From the IMG/VR virus record IMGVR_UViG_3300014208_001418: a stretch of DNA of 54,277 bases; one strand, given 5' to 3'. Below the pieces are notes generated by a model. The model ran no database searches. It had not been told where the DNA came from and saw only the letters and a list, made by a program, of their open reading frames with translations. The DNA is from a virus. Positions 10,185 through 20,100 of this stretch are shown here, one piece after another (position 1 is the first letter of the stretch; each line of letters starts with the position of its first letter). The position numbers and the translations under genes were made by a program.

Positions 10185-11893
10185 ACCCAATAAAACCCAT
10201 ATTTCTATCAATACTCATAATCGCTATCTTAATTCCCTCCTCTGTCGCCTCCACTACAGCAGGATCAGGATTTACTGTAATGTCAATATCCCCATCTAAA
10301 ATAATTTCCAACGATGAAGACTTAAAAACTGCCAATTTCATCGTAACAGTCGTAGCAAACGGAAATTCTCAATCTATCATCGGAGAACTCCTCACCGCCA
10401 ATGACATCAATGCTAAACTCTCCGAATCAGGCTCCTCAGTTCGAGTTTCCTCCCCCTTTAAAATTGAAATGGGTTCAGTCAAAGAAACCCTAACTTACCC
10501 CATCCGTAACACAGGCGCAATTCGTAAATACGAATATGCATATTCATCTGAAGTTAATTTTGTTTCGGAAGCAACATGTCTATCAGGCTATTCATATTGT
10601 TATACAGTCGAGGCAGGTTCCACATGGTGGGGAAAAACATACAGAAGTCTCAATATTCGCCAAGCAAACAGCGCCGTCTCCTCTTCCCTCGGAGAACTCG
10701 ATAATCCAAACATTAATTGGCAGGGCGATATAGTTCTAACAGCAGGACTAACTCGTGTATCAAAAACAATAGGTTCAATCGAATCCCTTGGAGCAGCAGA
10801 TTTCTATAACAGTAACGAGTGGATAGCTCAAGCTACATGGACAGGTTCTTTACTCACAGGGCAAGCAACCCCCAATCCTTCTCTCTATAAAGCAACCTTT
10901 ACTCCCGCCTTTAATCAATGGAGAATCTCCTCAAATTCCTACTATAATGACTATGCATCCTCCCTATCTGCAAAACAAGCATACTTCCCCTCAATGTTAA
11001 GCCAATATACTAAACAAGTGTGTCTTGATTCATACGGTTGTCCATCAGAAACTCCCCTAACAAACGCAATCAGCAATCATAATAGCATTGTAGACATCCT
11101 CTTATCTCAAAACACTAAAGTAACATACACCTCCTCTACAGGAGAAACTCTAGCCCAATCAACATCAGGAACTTCCTACTCAGGTAACGTAATCGAGACA
11201 ACCAATCGTCGTATCTCCAATCCTGTAATCGTGTTCAAAGTCAAAGCATTATCCTTATCTCCCTACATTCCCGTCGGAAAACCACGCATCGAATCAATAA
11301 CAACACCCGAATTCTCTAGCGGTGACAACAATGGAGTAGCAACAGTTCAATTCAAAAATATCGGTACTGAATCAGCAACATTCTCAGCAACATTCTTTGA
11401 TCCCTCAGGAACTTTCCACCCCTCCTCTAATCAAGAATCCTCAAAAACTACATGCCCTGCCCTTTCCCAATGCATCATAAACGTCTTTATCTCCAGTGAC
11501 TCCCCTACCAATGATCGTATCAGTAAAACTGCTACAATGACAGTCTATGACATAAACAAACCTTCCAATTCTGATACAAAAACCTTCGACATAATAATGT
11601 CACCTCCTAAAACCTGTATCCCTAGTTCCACTCGCACCTCAGGAAAACTCATCTATACCTGTAACGCCGACGGTTCAGGGGAAACAGTAATAGAATGCAC
11701 AGGAACAATCTCCCTTCAAAACAGCAAATACATTTGCATAGGTGGTTCAGTAACTCCCAAACCCGGAACAACACCAGTACCGAAAACAATATTCGCAACC
11801 CTATCTGACTTCTGGAGTTCACCCCAGCTAATACTAACTGTTCTAGTCCTTCTAATACTATCGTCTCTAATCTACATCAAATACAAAAAATAA
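10181..11893 (+). CDS. fsx1: Archaeal fusexin (Fsx1/FsxA; HAP2/GCS1 and class II viral fusogen superfamily)
   Basis: Signal peptide; ordered motifs LDNP..LTAG, WTGSLLTG..P, QWRIS..YNDY, PVGKPRI, VQFKNIG..ATFS, 4-Cys domain IV (CIP...IYTCNADG...EC...YIC), C-terminal TM; collinear with Fsx1 as I recall it. Confidence 0.85.
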   Translation: MNPIKPIFLSILIIAILIPSSVASTTAGSGFTVMSISPSKIISNDEDLKTANFIVTVVANGNSQSIIGELLTANDINAKLSESGSSVRVSSPFKIEMGSVKETLTYPIRNTGAIRKYEYAYSSEVNFVSEATCLSGYSYCYTVEAGSTWWGKTYRSLNIRQANSAVSSSLGELDNPNINWQGDIVLTAGLTRVSKTIGSIESLGAADFYNSNEWIAQATWTGSLLTGQATPNPSLYKATFTPAFNQWRISSNSYYNDYASSLSAKQAYFPSMLSQYTKQVCLDSYGCPSETPLTNAISNHNSIVDILLSQNTKVTYTSSTGETLAQSTSGTSYSGNVIETTNRRISNPVIVFKVKALSLSPYIPVGKPRIESITTPEFSSGDNNGVATVQFKNIGTESATFSATFFDPSGTFHPSSNQESSKTTCPALSQCIINVFISSDSPTNDRISKTATMTVYDINKPSNSDTKTFDIIMSPPKTCIPSSTRTSGKLIYTCNADGSGETVIECTGTISLQNSKYICIGGSVTPKPGTTPVPKTIFATLSDFWSSPQLILTVLVLLILSSLIYIKYKK

Positions 11894-12028
11894 CAACCAA
11901 AACCCTAAATACTAATCCAAACAAAACATCATAAACACAGAGGTTCTCAAAACAATGACTAAAAAACCAAACAAACCAAATGCAAAACACATAGCTCCCC
12001 TCGCTCATAGCAATCACGGTGATTTCAA

Positions 12029-13318
12029 ATGAATAAAATAATTAAAAAAATATTTGTAGCACTATCTGTTTTGTTATTCTTATTAATAAATGCTAGTGCC
12101 TTTAGTATATCAGACGCAAAAACTAAAGAACTAATTTCAAGTGAATATGGGACTATTGGTAATATTCTTGGTATTGGTGATAGCACTTATAAAGTAGTTT
12201 ATGACTCTGACACTACCGGTATAATTACCAAGTCATCATCTTTATTCAAACCCGCATCAGTGATTGCCTCAACAATAACAGTAATTGTATCTGTAAAACC
12301 AGCAGGCTCAGGCGTAGTAAAAGTATATGACTATTCCACTATGACGTTATTAGGTACTGTTACATCAACAGGAAGTTTTACCTTTTCCTCAACAGGTTCA
12401 ATAGGAATTGTTCCAATTGCAAACCCAGGATATACTCTTGAAGGTCTATGCGATTATACTGGTTGTTTGAGTGGTGTTTATTGGGGTCCTGTTGATCAAA
12501 TATCTATATGGCAGGTTACAGCAAATTTTAAATCCAATTCTGTAACACCTACTCCTCAACCTGGAGGAATTTGGAGTGTAGATGTAACAGAAGTAAATGA
12601 TGCAGTACAAATAGGTGCATGTGTAGGTTCTTCTGGTGGTTATTATAAATTAAAATCAACAACAAATACAGTATTAAGAAGTAATTATCTTGAATCTAAT
12701 GCATGTAGGTCGAGTAGTGAATCGAAATCTTATTTGTATTCTCTTGAACATGGAAATTGGATCGCTTATGTAACAGACCAAAGTGGAGTAACAAAGACAT
12801 TTAAATCATTTAGTGTAAATCCGACTATTCCCATAACTCCTCAACCCACCAGCACCTACATTCCAATCCCCACTTCTACAGCTCAACCTGGCTCCTATAA
12901 AGTCAACCTTCAATCTAATCCTTCAAACGCCCAAGCATTCGTCAATAACGTCTTTATCGGAAACACACCCGTAGATATTGGATTCACCTCAGGAGAAACT
13001 AAAACTATAACCTACATAAAATCAGGCTATACAACAAAATCCTTCCCAGTTTCCTATAACGAAGTTCAACACAGCGAAACCCTATCTCTATCAGGAACCC
13101 CACAAGGAACAGCAACTCCAACAGGACAACCCACAACACAACCCACAATAAGAACTACTCCTCCCCCATGTCCAACAGGATTAATATGGGATGCAACCAA
13201 TAACAAATGTGTAGCTCCTCCTGAAACATCAGATGATACCTACATCTATGCTGGCATAATCCTCCTTCTTATAGGTGGAGGAGTCTACATAACAAAGTTT
13301 AGAAAACCTAAAAAATAA
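12029..13318 (+). CDS. Mosaic surface adhesin-like protein with PEGA domain, Cys-rich module and TM anchor
   Basis: SNPSNAQAFVNNVFIGNTP..IKSGY (PEGA); signal peptide; TM plus KFRKPKK. Confidence 0.8.
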   Translation: MNKIIKKIFVALSVLLFLLINASAFSISDAKTKELISSEYGTIGNILGIGDSTYKVVYDSDTTGIITKSSSLFKPASVIASTITVIVSVKPAGSGVVKVYDYSTMTLLGTVTSTGSFTFSSTGSIGIVPIANPGYTLEGLCDYTGCLSGVYWGPVDQISIWQVTANFKSNSVTPTPQPGGIWSVDVTEVNDAVQIGACVGSSGGYYKLKSTTNTVLRSNYLESNACRSSSESKSYLYSLEHGNWIAYVTDQSGVTKTFKSFSVNPTIPITPQPTSTYIPIPTSTAQPGSYKVNLQSNPSNAQAFVNNVFIGNTPVDIGFTSGETKTITYIKSGYTTKSFPVSYNEVQHSETLSLSGTPQGTATPTGQPTTQPTIRTTPPPCPTGLIWDATNNKCVAPPETSDDTYIYAGIILLLIGGGVYITKFRKPKK

Positions 13319-13337
13319 CCCCCCATCCCACACAGCT

Positions 13338-14273
13338 ATGAAAACCCAAAAAGTAAGCAAAATCCATAAAATAATAATAGCTTTCCTATCTATTATTATT
13401 TTATCTCTTCTTTTATTCACAACCAACATCTCATCCCTCCTAACCGCTTCCCTAGTTCAATCAGGAACACACGTATACGTAACAGCAACCTATAATGGAA
13501 GATGCGGTAGTGGAACCTCCAATCAAATATCCTTCTACAAAGACAACATAGCGCCTAAATACGGTACTGTTCAAGTCCCATGTTCTGCACCCAGTCCCCA
13601 ACTCTATCTCCAAAACTATGCCTTAACCTATGCAAATCCCTCCATTTATGATACTGTATACCTAAACAATATCATCTATCAGCCTCCTATTTACAATCCT
13701 GATTACCCCACCTCCCCCTTCCTAGAAGACATCTCTCTCATCAACGCTCCCAACATTGATGTCACCATAAACAAGCCTCTTGCAGTCCTACTCACCTTTA
13801 ATTATCCTACTCAAGACACAAATTACAAAGACTTAAACATGACAATAAGCTGGTATAAGTCCTCTCTCCTCGATTCCCTCATGAATCCAATAAAAGATTC
13901 ATCCTTTAAACAAGTCCCCTCATCCCCATCTCCCATATATATCAACTACGAATTCATCCCCACATCTGAAACAGTTTATTTCATTACAGGAACCGTTGTT
14001 ACCCAACAATACACCTTCACAGATTCTTGGTATCTCACATCTGAATCCGTAACTTCCAGAGATGTCAAACAAATAACCTCCTCTCGCCCAATCCCAATAA
14101 CTCCAACCCCAACCCCTACCCCTACCCCCACTCAAACTTATCAACCCACCCCCACCCCCACTCCGACTCAAACTCCCGATCCTAAAACTAATACAGATAA
14201 TTACCCGCTATACATACTGATAATCGCAATCGGAAGCATATCTTTATACATACTAAAATCAAAGAGAAAATAA
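13338..14273 (+). CDS. Membrane protein with PT-repeat stalk and C-terminal anchor
   Basis: N-terminal TM, (PT)n, TM plus KSKRK. Confidence 0.8.
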   Translation: MKTQKVSKIHKIIIAFLSIIILSLLLFTTNISSLLTASLVQSGTHVYVTATYNGRCGSGTSNQISFYKDNIAPKYGTVQVPCSAPSPQLYLQNYALTYANPSIYDTVYLNNIIYQPPIYNPDYPTSPFLEDISLINAPNIDVTINKPLAVLLTFNYPTQDTNYKDLNMTISWYKSSLLDSLMNPIKDSSFKQVPSSPSPIYINYEFIPTSETVYFITGTVVTQQYTFTDSWYLTSESVTSRDVKQITSSRPIPITPTPTPTPTPTQTYQPTPTPTPTQTPDPKTNTDNYPLYILIIAIGSISLYILKSKRK

Positions 14274-14430
14274 ACATGCCACGACTCAAAATAGAAGAAA
14301 CAAAATCATCGTTTATGTGTGATTGAAAGAAAAGTTAATCTTGTTCAGAGAAATAACTGTAAAATTCAATCACACGCAAAACTATATATTGTTTGTCGTG
14401 TATATAGTTTTCTGTTCAGAGGAAAACTGT

Positions 14431-15483
14431 ATGAGTAAAAATGATAAACGTAATTTTAAAATGTCTGATGAACAGAGAAACTATTTATCAGAAATTAGAA
14501 TTGGTACAAAACAATCCGACGAAACTAAAAAGAAAATTTCTAACGCTACTAAAGGGGAGAAAAATCCATTTTTTGGTAAAAAACATTCTGCCGAAACAAG
14601 ATTAAAAATATCTAATAAAGCAAAAAGTAGAATAGTATCAATAGAAACTAGAGCTAAAATGTCTAAAAGTAGGAAAGGTAGAAAACTTGGACCGTTTTCA
14701 GATGAACATAAGAGACGCATTTCAGAAAGCAAAACGGGAAAACATTTATCAGATGAATGTAAAAACAAAATCTCGTTGGCGACAAAGGGTGAAAATAATC
14801 CTTTTTACGGTAAACATCATGGCGATGAAGCGAAGAAAAAAATTTCTGATGCGAATAAAAATAAAAGACTGTCTGATGAACATAAAACAAAAATATCAAC
14901 AAAATTGAAAGGTGTAAAACTTAAACCGCGCTCTGACGAATGGAAGAAAAATATTAGTAAAAGCAAAAAAGGAAGAAAACTATCAGAAGAACATAAAAGA
15001 AAAATATCAGAAGGAAACAAAGGTAAAAAAATATCTGAAGAAACTAGAAAAAAGATGTCTGAGCATCAGATAGGAGAGAAAAATCATATGTTTGGAAGAA
15101 GGGGTAAGGATAGTCCATTATTTGAACGTGTATTTTCAGATGAGACTATAAGAAAAATGTCAGATGCAAAGGCAGGAAATAAAGCTCCAACATGGATAGA
15201 TGGTAGATCATTTCTACCATATTGTCATAAATTTAATAGGCGAATAAAAAAATCAATACGTGATCGTGATAATTATACATGTCAGCTATGTGGATGTATA
15301 GAAAATGGCAGAAAACACCATGTTCATCACATTCATTACGATAAAGAAAACTGTAATCCAGACTTAATAACATTATGTAGCAGTTGTAATTCTAAAGTTA
15401 ATTTTAATAGAGATTATTACGAAAAACTGTTTATGAACAAACTCAATGATAGATGTTTATTATTTTGGAAAACAAACATATAA
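14431..15483 (+). mobile_element. Free-standing HNH homing endonuclease with NUMOD3 repeats
   Basis: Repeated HS.E.K.KIS..KG; RDNYTCQLC..HVHHIHY..N..LITLCSSCN; composition shift. ATG 14431 (GAGG RBS) preferred over TTG 14323. Confidence 0.9.
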
Positions 15484-15532
15484 AAACGCAATGCGCAGTC
15501 TTATATAGCATAAGATTGTTAGATTATACTAT

Positions 15533-16327
15533 ATGAAAATAAAAGTAGAAGATACAAAAAGTTTAACGGGAATTATACTTCTAACAGGAATTTCGACTGT
15601 AATTTTCGGCATCTTCACCAAAGACCTTAACCTACTTTGGTTCTCCCTACCCATAATCTTCTCTCTCATAATCGCAGTCTCCCGCTCCCGCAAGGACATA
15701 GATGATGCAGTTGCCTCAATTGGCATAACCTCTTCCAATATCCGCACTTCAATTCCTCTCGGCGTATCTGCGGGAATCCTTGTCTACATAGTCGGATCCA
15801 TGCTATTATCCTTCACAGATAAAAATACTGCTTCAATCGTTCCCACTTTCGCAATCGCTTCCTTAACTCCCGCTAACACCTTAGTAATTCCTGCTTCACT
15901 ATTCCTAATAATAAACGTTTTCATTCAATGGCTCGTAGTCGCTCCCTCCGAAGAGCTTGGCTTCCGTTTCCTAGCCCCCTACGCTATTTATTCTTTCACA
16001 AAATCAGTACCAGTTGCATTAATTCTCGGAACCTTTGCATGGATATTTACCCATATCCCCACATTCTTAATTCAGGGAGCCTCTTCAGGCATGTATATAG
16101 TTCTATTCATCTTAGGCATCGTAGCTATAGCCTTAATCTATTTCACAGGTGATATAGTCTCAGCATGGATCTCTCACGCTACTTTCAACACCCTTGTCAT
16201 AATTTCTACAGCAGTATTTAGCACCGTAACCTTAATAATACTCGTTTCCCTCTTAACATTCCTTTCAATATTCTACGTGACCTCAGGAGGCTCAAATGCC
16301 AAGAAACAAAGTCCATTCAACTTATAA
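15533..16327 (+). CDS. CPBP (Abi/CAAX type II) intramembrane protease
   Basis: EELGFR, FTH and SHATFN motifs; polytopic. Confidence 0.9.
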   Translation: MKIKVEDTKSLTGIILLTGISTVIFGIFTKDLNLLWFSLPIIFSLIIAVSRSRKDIDDAVASIGITSSNIRTSIPLGVSAGILVYIVGSMLLSFTDKNTASIVPTFAIASLTPANTLVIPASLFLIINVFIQWLVVAPSEELGFRFLAPYAIYSFTKSVPVALILGTFAWIFTHIPTFLIQGASSGMYIVLFILGIVAIALIYFTGDIVSAWISHATFNTLVIISTAVFSTVTLIILVSLLTFLSIFYVTSGGSNAKKQSPFNL

Positions 16328-16931
16328 AACAGATTCTTTATCTCATATCCTTCTTTCTCTAGCTATTTTAATATCCGTTTTTCTCGGATCTCAATCCTTT
16401 CTCTCCTCCTTCCCATCATCCATCTTAATCACTAACGACACTAAATTCACAACCACTTTCACCTCTATCAGTGCCAACCAAGTAACCTTCTCTGACTCAT
16501 CACTCTCCCAATCTATAACTCCTGATGACATTCTTCCCCTCAGGCAAGGCGGTTATATTCGCTTCAAAGCCAACCAAGTTCAAAATCCATCCATCCGCGA
16601 AGCCTTAAAATATTCCCGATACCAATTCAATCACATCCTCTTCTACGAGCAATCCCTAAATCCATGGTCATTTACAGAATCTGATTCAATGGTTTTATCG
16701 ACTAATATACTATCTCAAAGAGTCTCATTGTCGTTCAGTAAAAACCTCAATGCTCTCGAAGTCACTACTCCCACATCACATTACTATGTTTCGCTCCCAA
16801 TAAACTCCTTCGCTCTAGTTACGGATGATGGCAACGCTCTATTATACAAATTATATCGTATAGATGACTCTAATATCAGCATCACTCTTATTGGTCTGTA
16901 TCCATCAAATTCTGCAATCTATCAATCCTAA
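16296..16931 (+). CDS. Membrane-anchored hypothetical protein
   Basis: N-terminal TM. Confidence 0.7.
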   Translation: MPRNKVHSTYKTDSLSHILLSLAILISVFLGSQSFLSSFPSSILITNDTKFTTTFTSISANQVTFSDSSLSQSITPDDILPLRQGGYIRFKANQVQNPSIREALKYSRYQFNHILFYEQSLNPWSFTESDSMVLSTNILSQRVSLSFSKNLNALEVTTPTSHYYVSLPINSFALVTDDGNALLYKLYRIDDSNISITLIGLYPSNSAIYQS

Positions 16932-16956
16932 TAGAACCTTAATAGTTCTATTTTTT
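16930..16956 (+). terminator. Hairpin plus U-tract terminator
   Basis: AATAGAAC...GTTCTATT followed by T-run. Confidence 0.6.
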
Positions 16957-17166
16957 GTCATCATTTCCCCATATAAAATCATAAGACATATTTATATACT
17001 TTAGAATATCAATACATCTAAACATAAAAAGGAGTAATAACTATTATAAACATTTTCATCAATAAAATAACTAACTCAAATGAAAGCATATTCGAATTAC
17101 TTATTCCTGTAATTGGAATTATAATTATAATTATGAGTATGATACTAGGTATATGGAGTTAAAATC

Positions 17167-20100
17167 ATGAAATCAAAAGTTTTTTGTTTACTATCGGATA
17201 ACATAATGAATCCATTTTTGAGGGTACTTGTATCAGTTGTATTTTTGCTGCTCCTTGCTGGTGTGGCATCCGCAACAGTTCAGGTTGTGGCATCGAATAC
17301 GGTACGAGCAAGCAATGATACGAACACATCGGCAGAATATGGTGAGTGGAAATTACAGAAAGTTATATCATTGGAATCACTTGGAAATCTTACAGGGTCT
17401 TTCAATGGTACTTTTAAAGAAAAAGACGCAGGGTCACAATATAGCTTCATAATGAAAAAGAGTGGTGTTAATATATCTGGTACATCAGGGACAAGCACTA
17501 CAAATTATGAAGATACGCTTACAACCCGCACATTTACGTTTTCGACTACATTCAATGCAACTGACACCTTTGAATTATGGGCAAATCCATCTGATGCAGG
17601 GTACAAGATCGGGGATTTCAGGTTGATGTATGATTATGGGTATGATTTGCCGAGTGTGACGATTGGTGATGGTATGTGGGGTGCAAACGGAACGTATGAC
17701 AATACAGTTCAAAACGCTTCAGGTTATCTTACAGTAGCATCTAATTTTTCATCTCCGTATCCTACGGATTATACAACCATGTGGTTAGGATATGAGGGTG
17801 CAGGAACGACATGGAATGACTCTAATGTAACAACTGCAAAGACAGTGACATTCACAGGTTCGCCATCCTGGACTACTGACACATGGGGGAACACAATAAC
17901 CCTGAATGGAAACAATCAATATGGCTCTTACACTTCATCAAATCATTCTGATTTAATGACAATTGTTGGGTGGTTTAATTCTTCAGACTTAGATACCAAT
18001 TCACTTCCACGTATTCTTGATGAACCAGGCGGGTTAATATTTATAAGAAACGATACTAATTATAAAAACCAAATCCAAATTCATTTTAATAAGGCAACTA
18101 CCGCTGGAATATGGTTTAAGAATAATACCATATTCAAAAATACTACTTATAGATATGTATTAAGATATAATCAAAGTAGTACTGATGCTCCAGTATTAAC
18201 CTTAAATGGAGTGAACATTTCTCTTGATACAAACCAAGCTCCTGTTGGTGCAAAAGTGAGTAATGTTGGAACTGGATATATAGGTGATAGTTCTGCACAT
18301 ACAAGAGAATTTACAGGTAAAATTGGTCGTATTGGTTTTTATGATCGGTGGCTTACTGATGCAGAAAGCAAACTTGCCACGTATGGCGGGTTTCATACCA
18401 GGGGGAATTTTACAACATCTATAGTATCATTGGGGGATAATACACCGTTTACTAATTATTATTTTTTTGGAGACCCTACAAATAATCTCACTGTATTTAT
18501 AAATAATAGTGATGATGCTATTTCTTGGTCTGGAGAGTCTGTTTTATCAACAAATCCACCCAATCTAACTTATGGCGAGTTACCAGAATCAAATCAGACT
18601 AAATATATTCAGTTAAGATTTAGTCTCTCAAGTGATATATCTATTTCAAGTTATATAAATAAATTTATATTATACGGAACCACGAATGTTACCCCTTCAG
18701 TTCTATATTTTATCAGCCCGACTAAGGTAAATGCAAGCGAGAATTGGGGTGTGAACTCGACCCAAATATGGATACAGACCACAGAAACATTCAACGAGGC
18801 ACCAATATTGTACTGGCAGGATAAAAGAGGTTCGGAACTACGGGTTGTTACATATATAATGAATCAGAATAACAATACGACTTATAGTTACAACTTTACT
18901 AATTTGGACGATGGTGATTATTTTTATTATGTATCTGCGAACCTTAGTAGTTCAGGAAATGTTTTTACATCTACTTATTACGTATCCATAGATTGGGACT
19001 TGGATCAAACCGTTCAAGGTGTTTATTTATGGCAACAATCAGATGGGCGGTATGTATCTAATACTACTACATCATATCCCCCTAATACCTTTATCGAACC
19101 AGAGTGGAAAGGATGGAGTTCATTGTCTGGTAATCGTGGAAATGGCACTTTAATAAGAAGGTGTTGGAATTCTACAACTAATGATATATATGATAACAAT
19201 GGTGCATGTTCTGGTAGTGATAGTTCCATAAATCTTGCATATACCATTAATAACTGGCATCCATATCTTTATGAATTGAAACGATATGTAAATGCGTCTG
19301 GAACTGCCCATATTACAATAATAAATCGTGATCCTCCTGCGGGATATACTTTTGATAAATCTCTTGGCTATGCAATGCCAATGATGCCACATGTTCAGGA
19401 TATTAAGTATATAAATAACTCTGTTATAAAATTTGGAGTTGATTGTCGATATGGTGGTGCAGGTGTATATCTTGCATCGATGAGCAATTTGTCTAAGAAT
19501 ATTATTAATAATTATGATTCGGGTAGACAGATACAAAACTCTTATTATGATGACGGAAATGCAACTGAAGTATATAGTCCGACTAGTATTTGGTCAGAAC
19601 CTTGGGGCTGGAATCCTACACTTGCGGGAAATATATACACCCAACCTTCAAATGTTACTTCATGTGAAGTCGTGAATAATACAATTACTATAAGTGTTGA
19701 TAAACTTGTTCACTGGAATCCGAGTTATAATAACGGCCTCTATAGTGATTTAGGGGGAGAAGTAACTTATTCTTTTGATGGTGAGAACCCTGTATTAACC
19801 TCAAGATACCTATATACTCATAATGGAAATGTAACTCATTTAAATTGGGCACATGAAACACCGACTTTTTATGGTATAAAAGAATTGACTCATGCTTGGT
19901 TTAGAAATAGTACCACTTTGTTTGAAGAGACACCAATATCCCAGGGATATACAGTATATTATGAATCATCACAAATAGTTTATATTAGTATGCTTAATGA
20001 TTCTGATTGGGGCGTTGGGTTATGGAATAATAGACGTCCGCAAGTAGTTTTTTTTAATTTCTCTTTAAACTCGGACTCAGGAACTGCTTATGACGATGCA

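Noticed and set aside
14095-14180. Tandem ACCCC-type repeats
   Set aside because: They encode a Pro-Thr stalk; not CRISPR or a non-coding array
14480-15180. Periodic repeats
   Set aside because: Explained by NUMOD3 protein repeats
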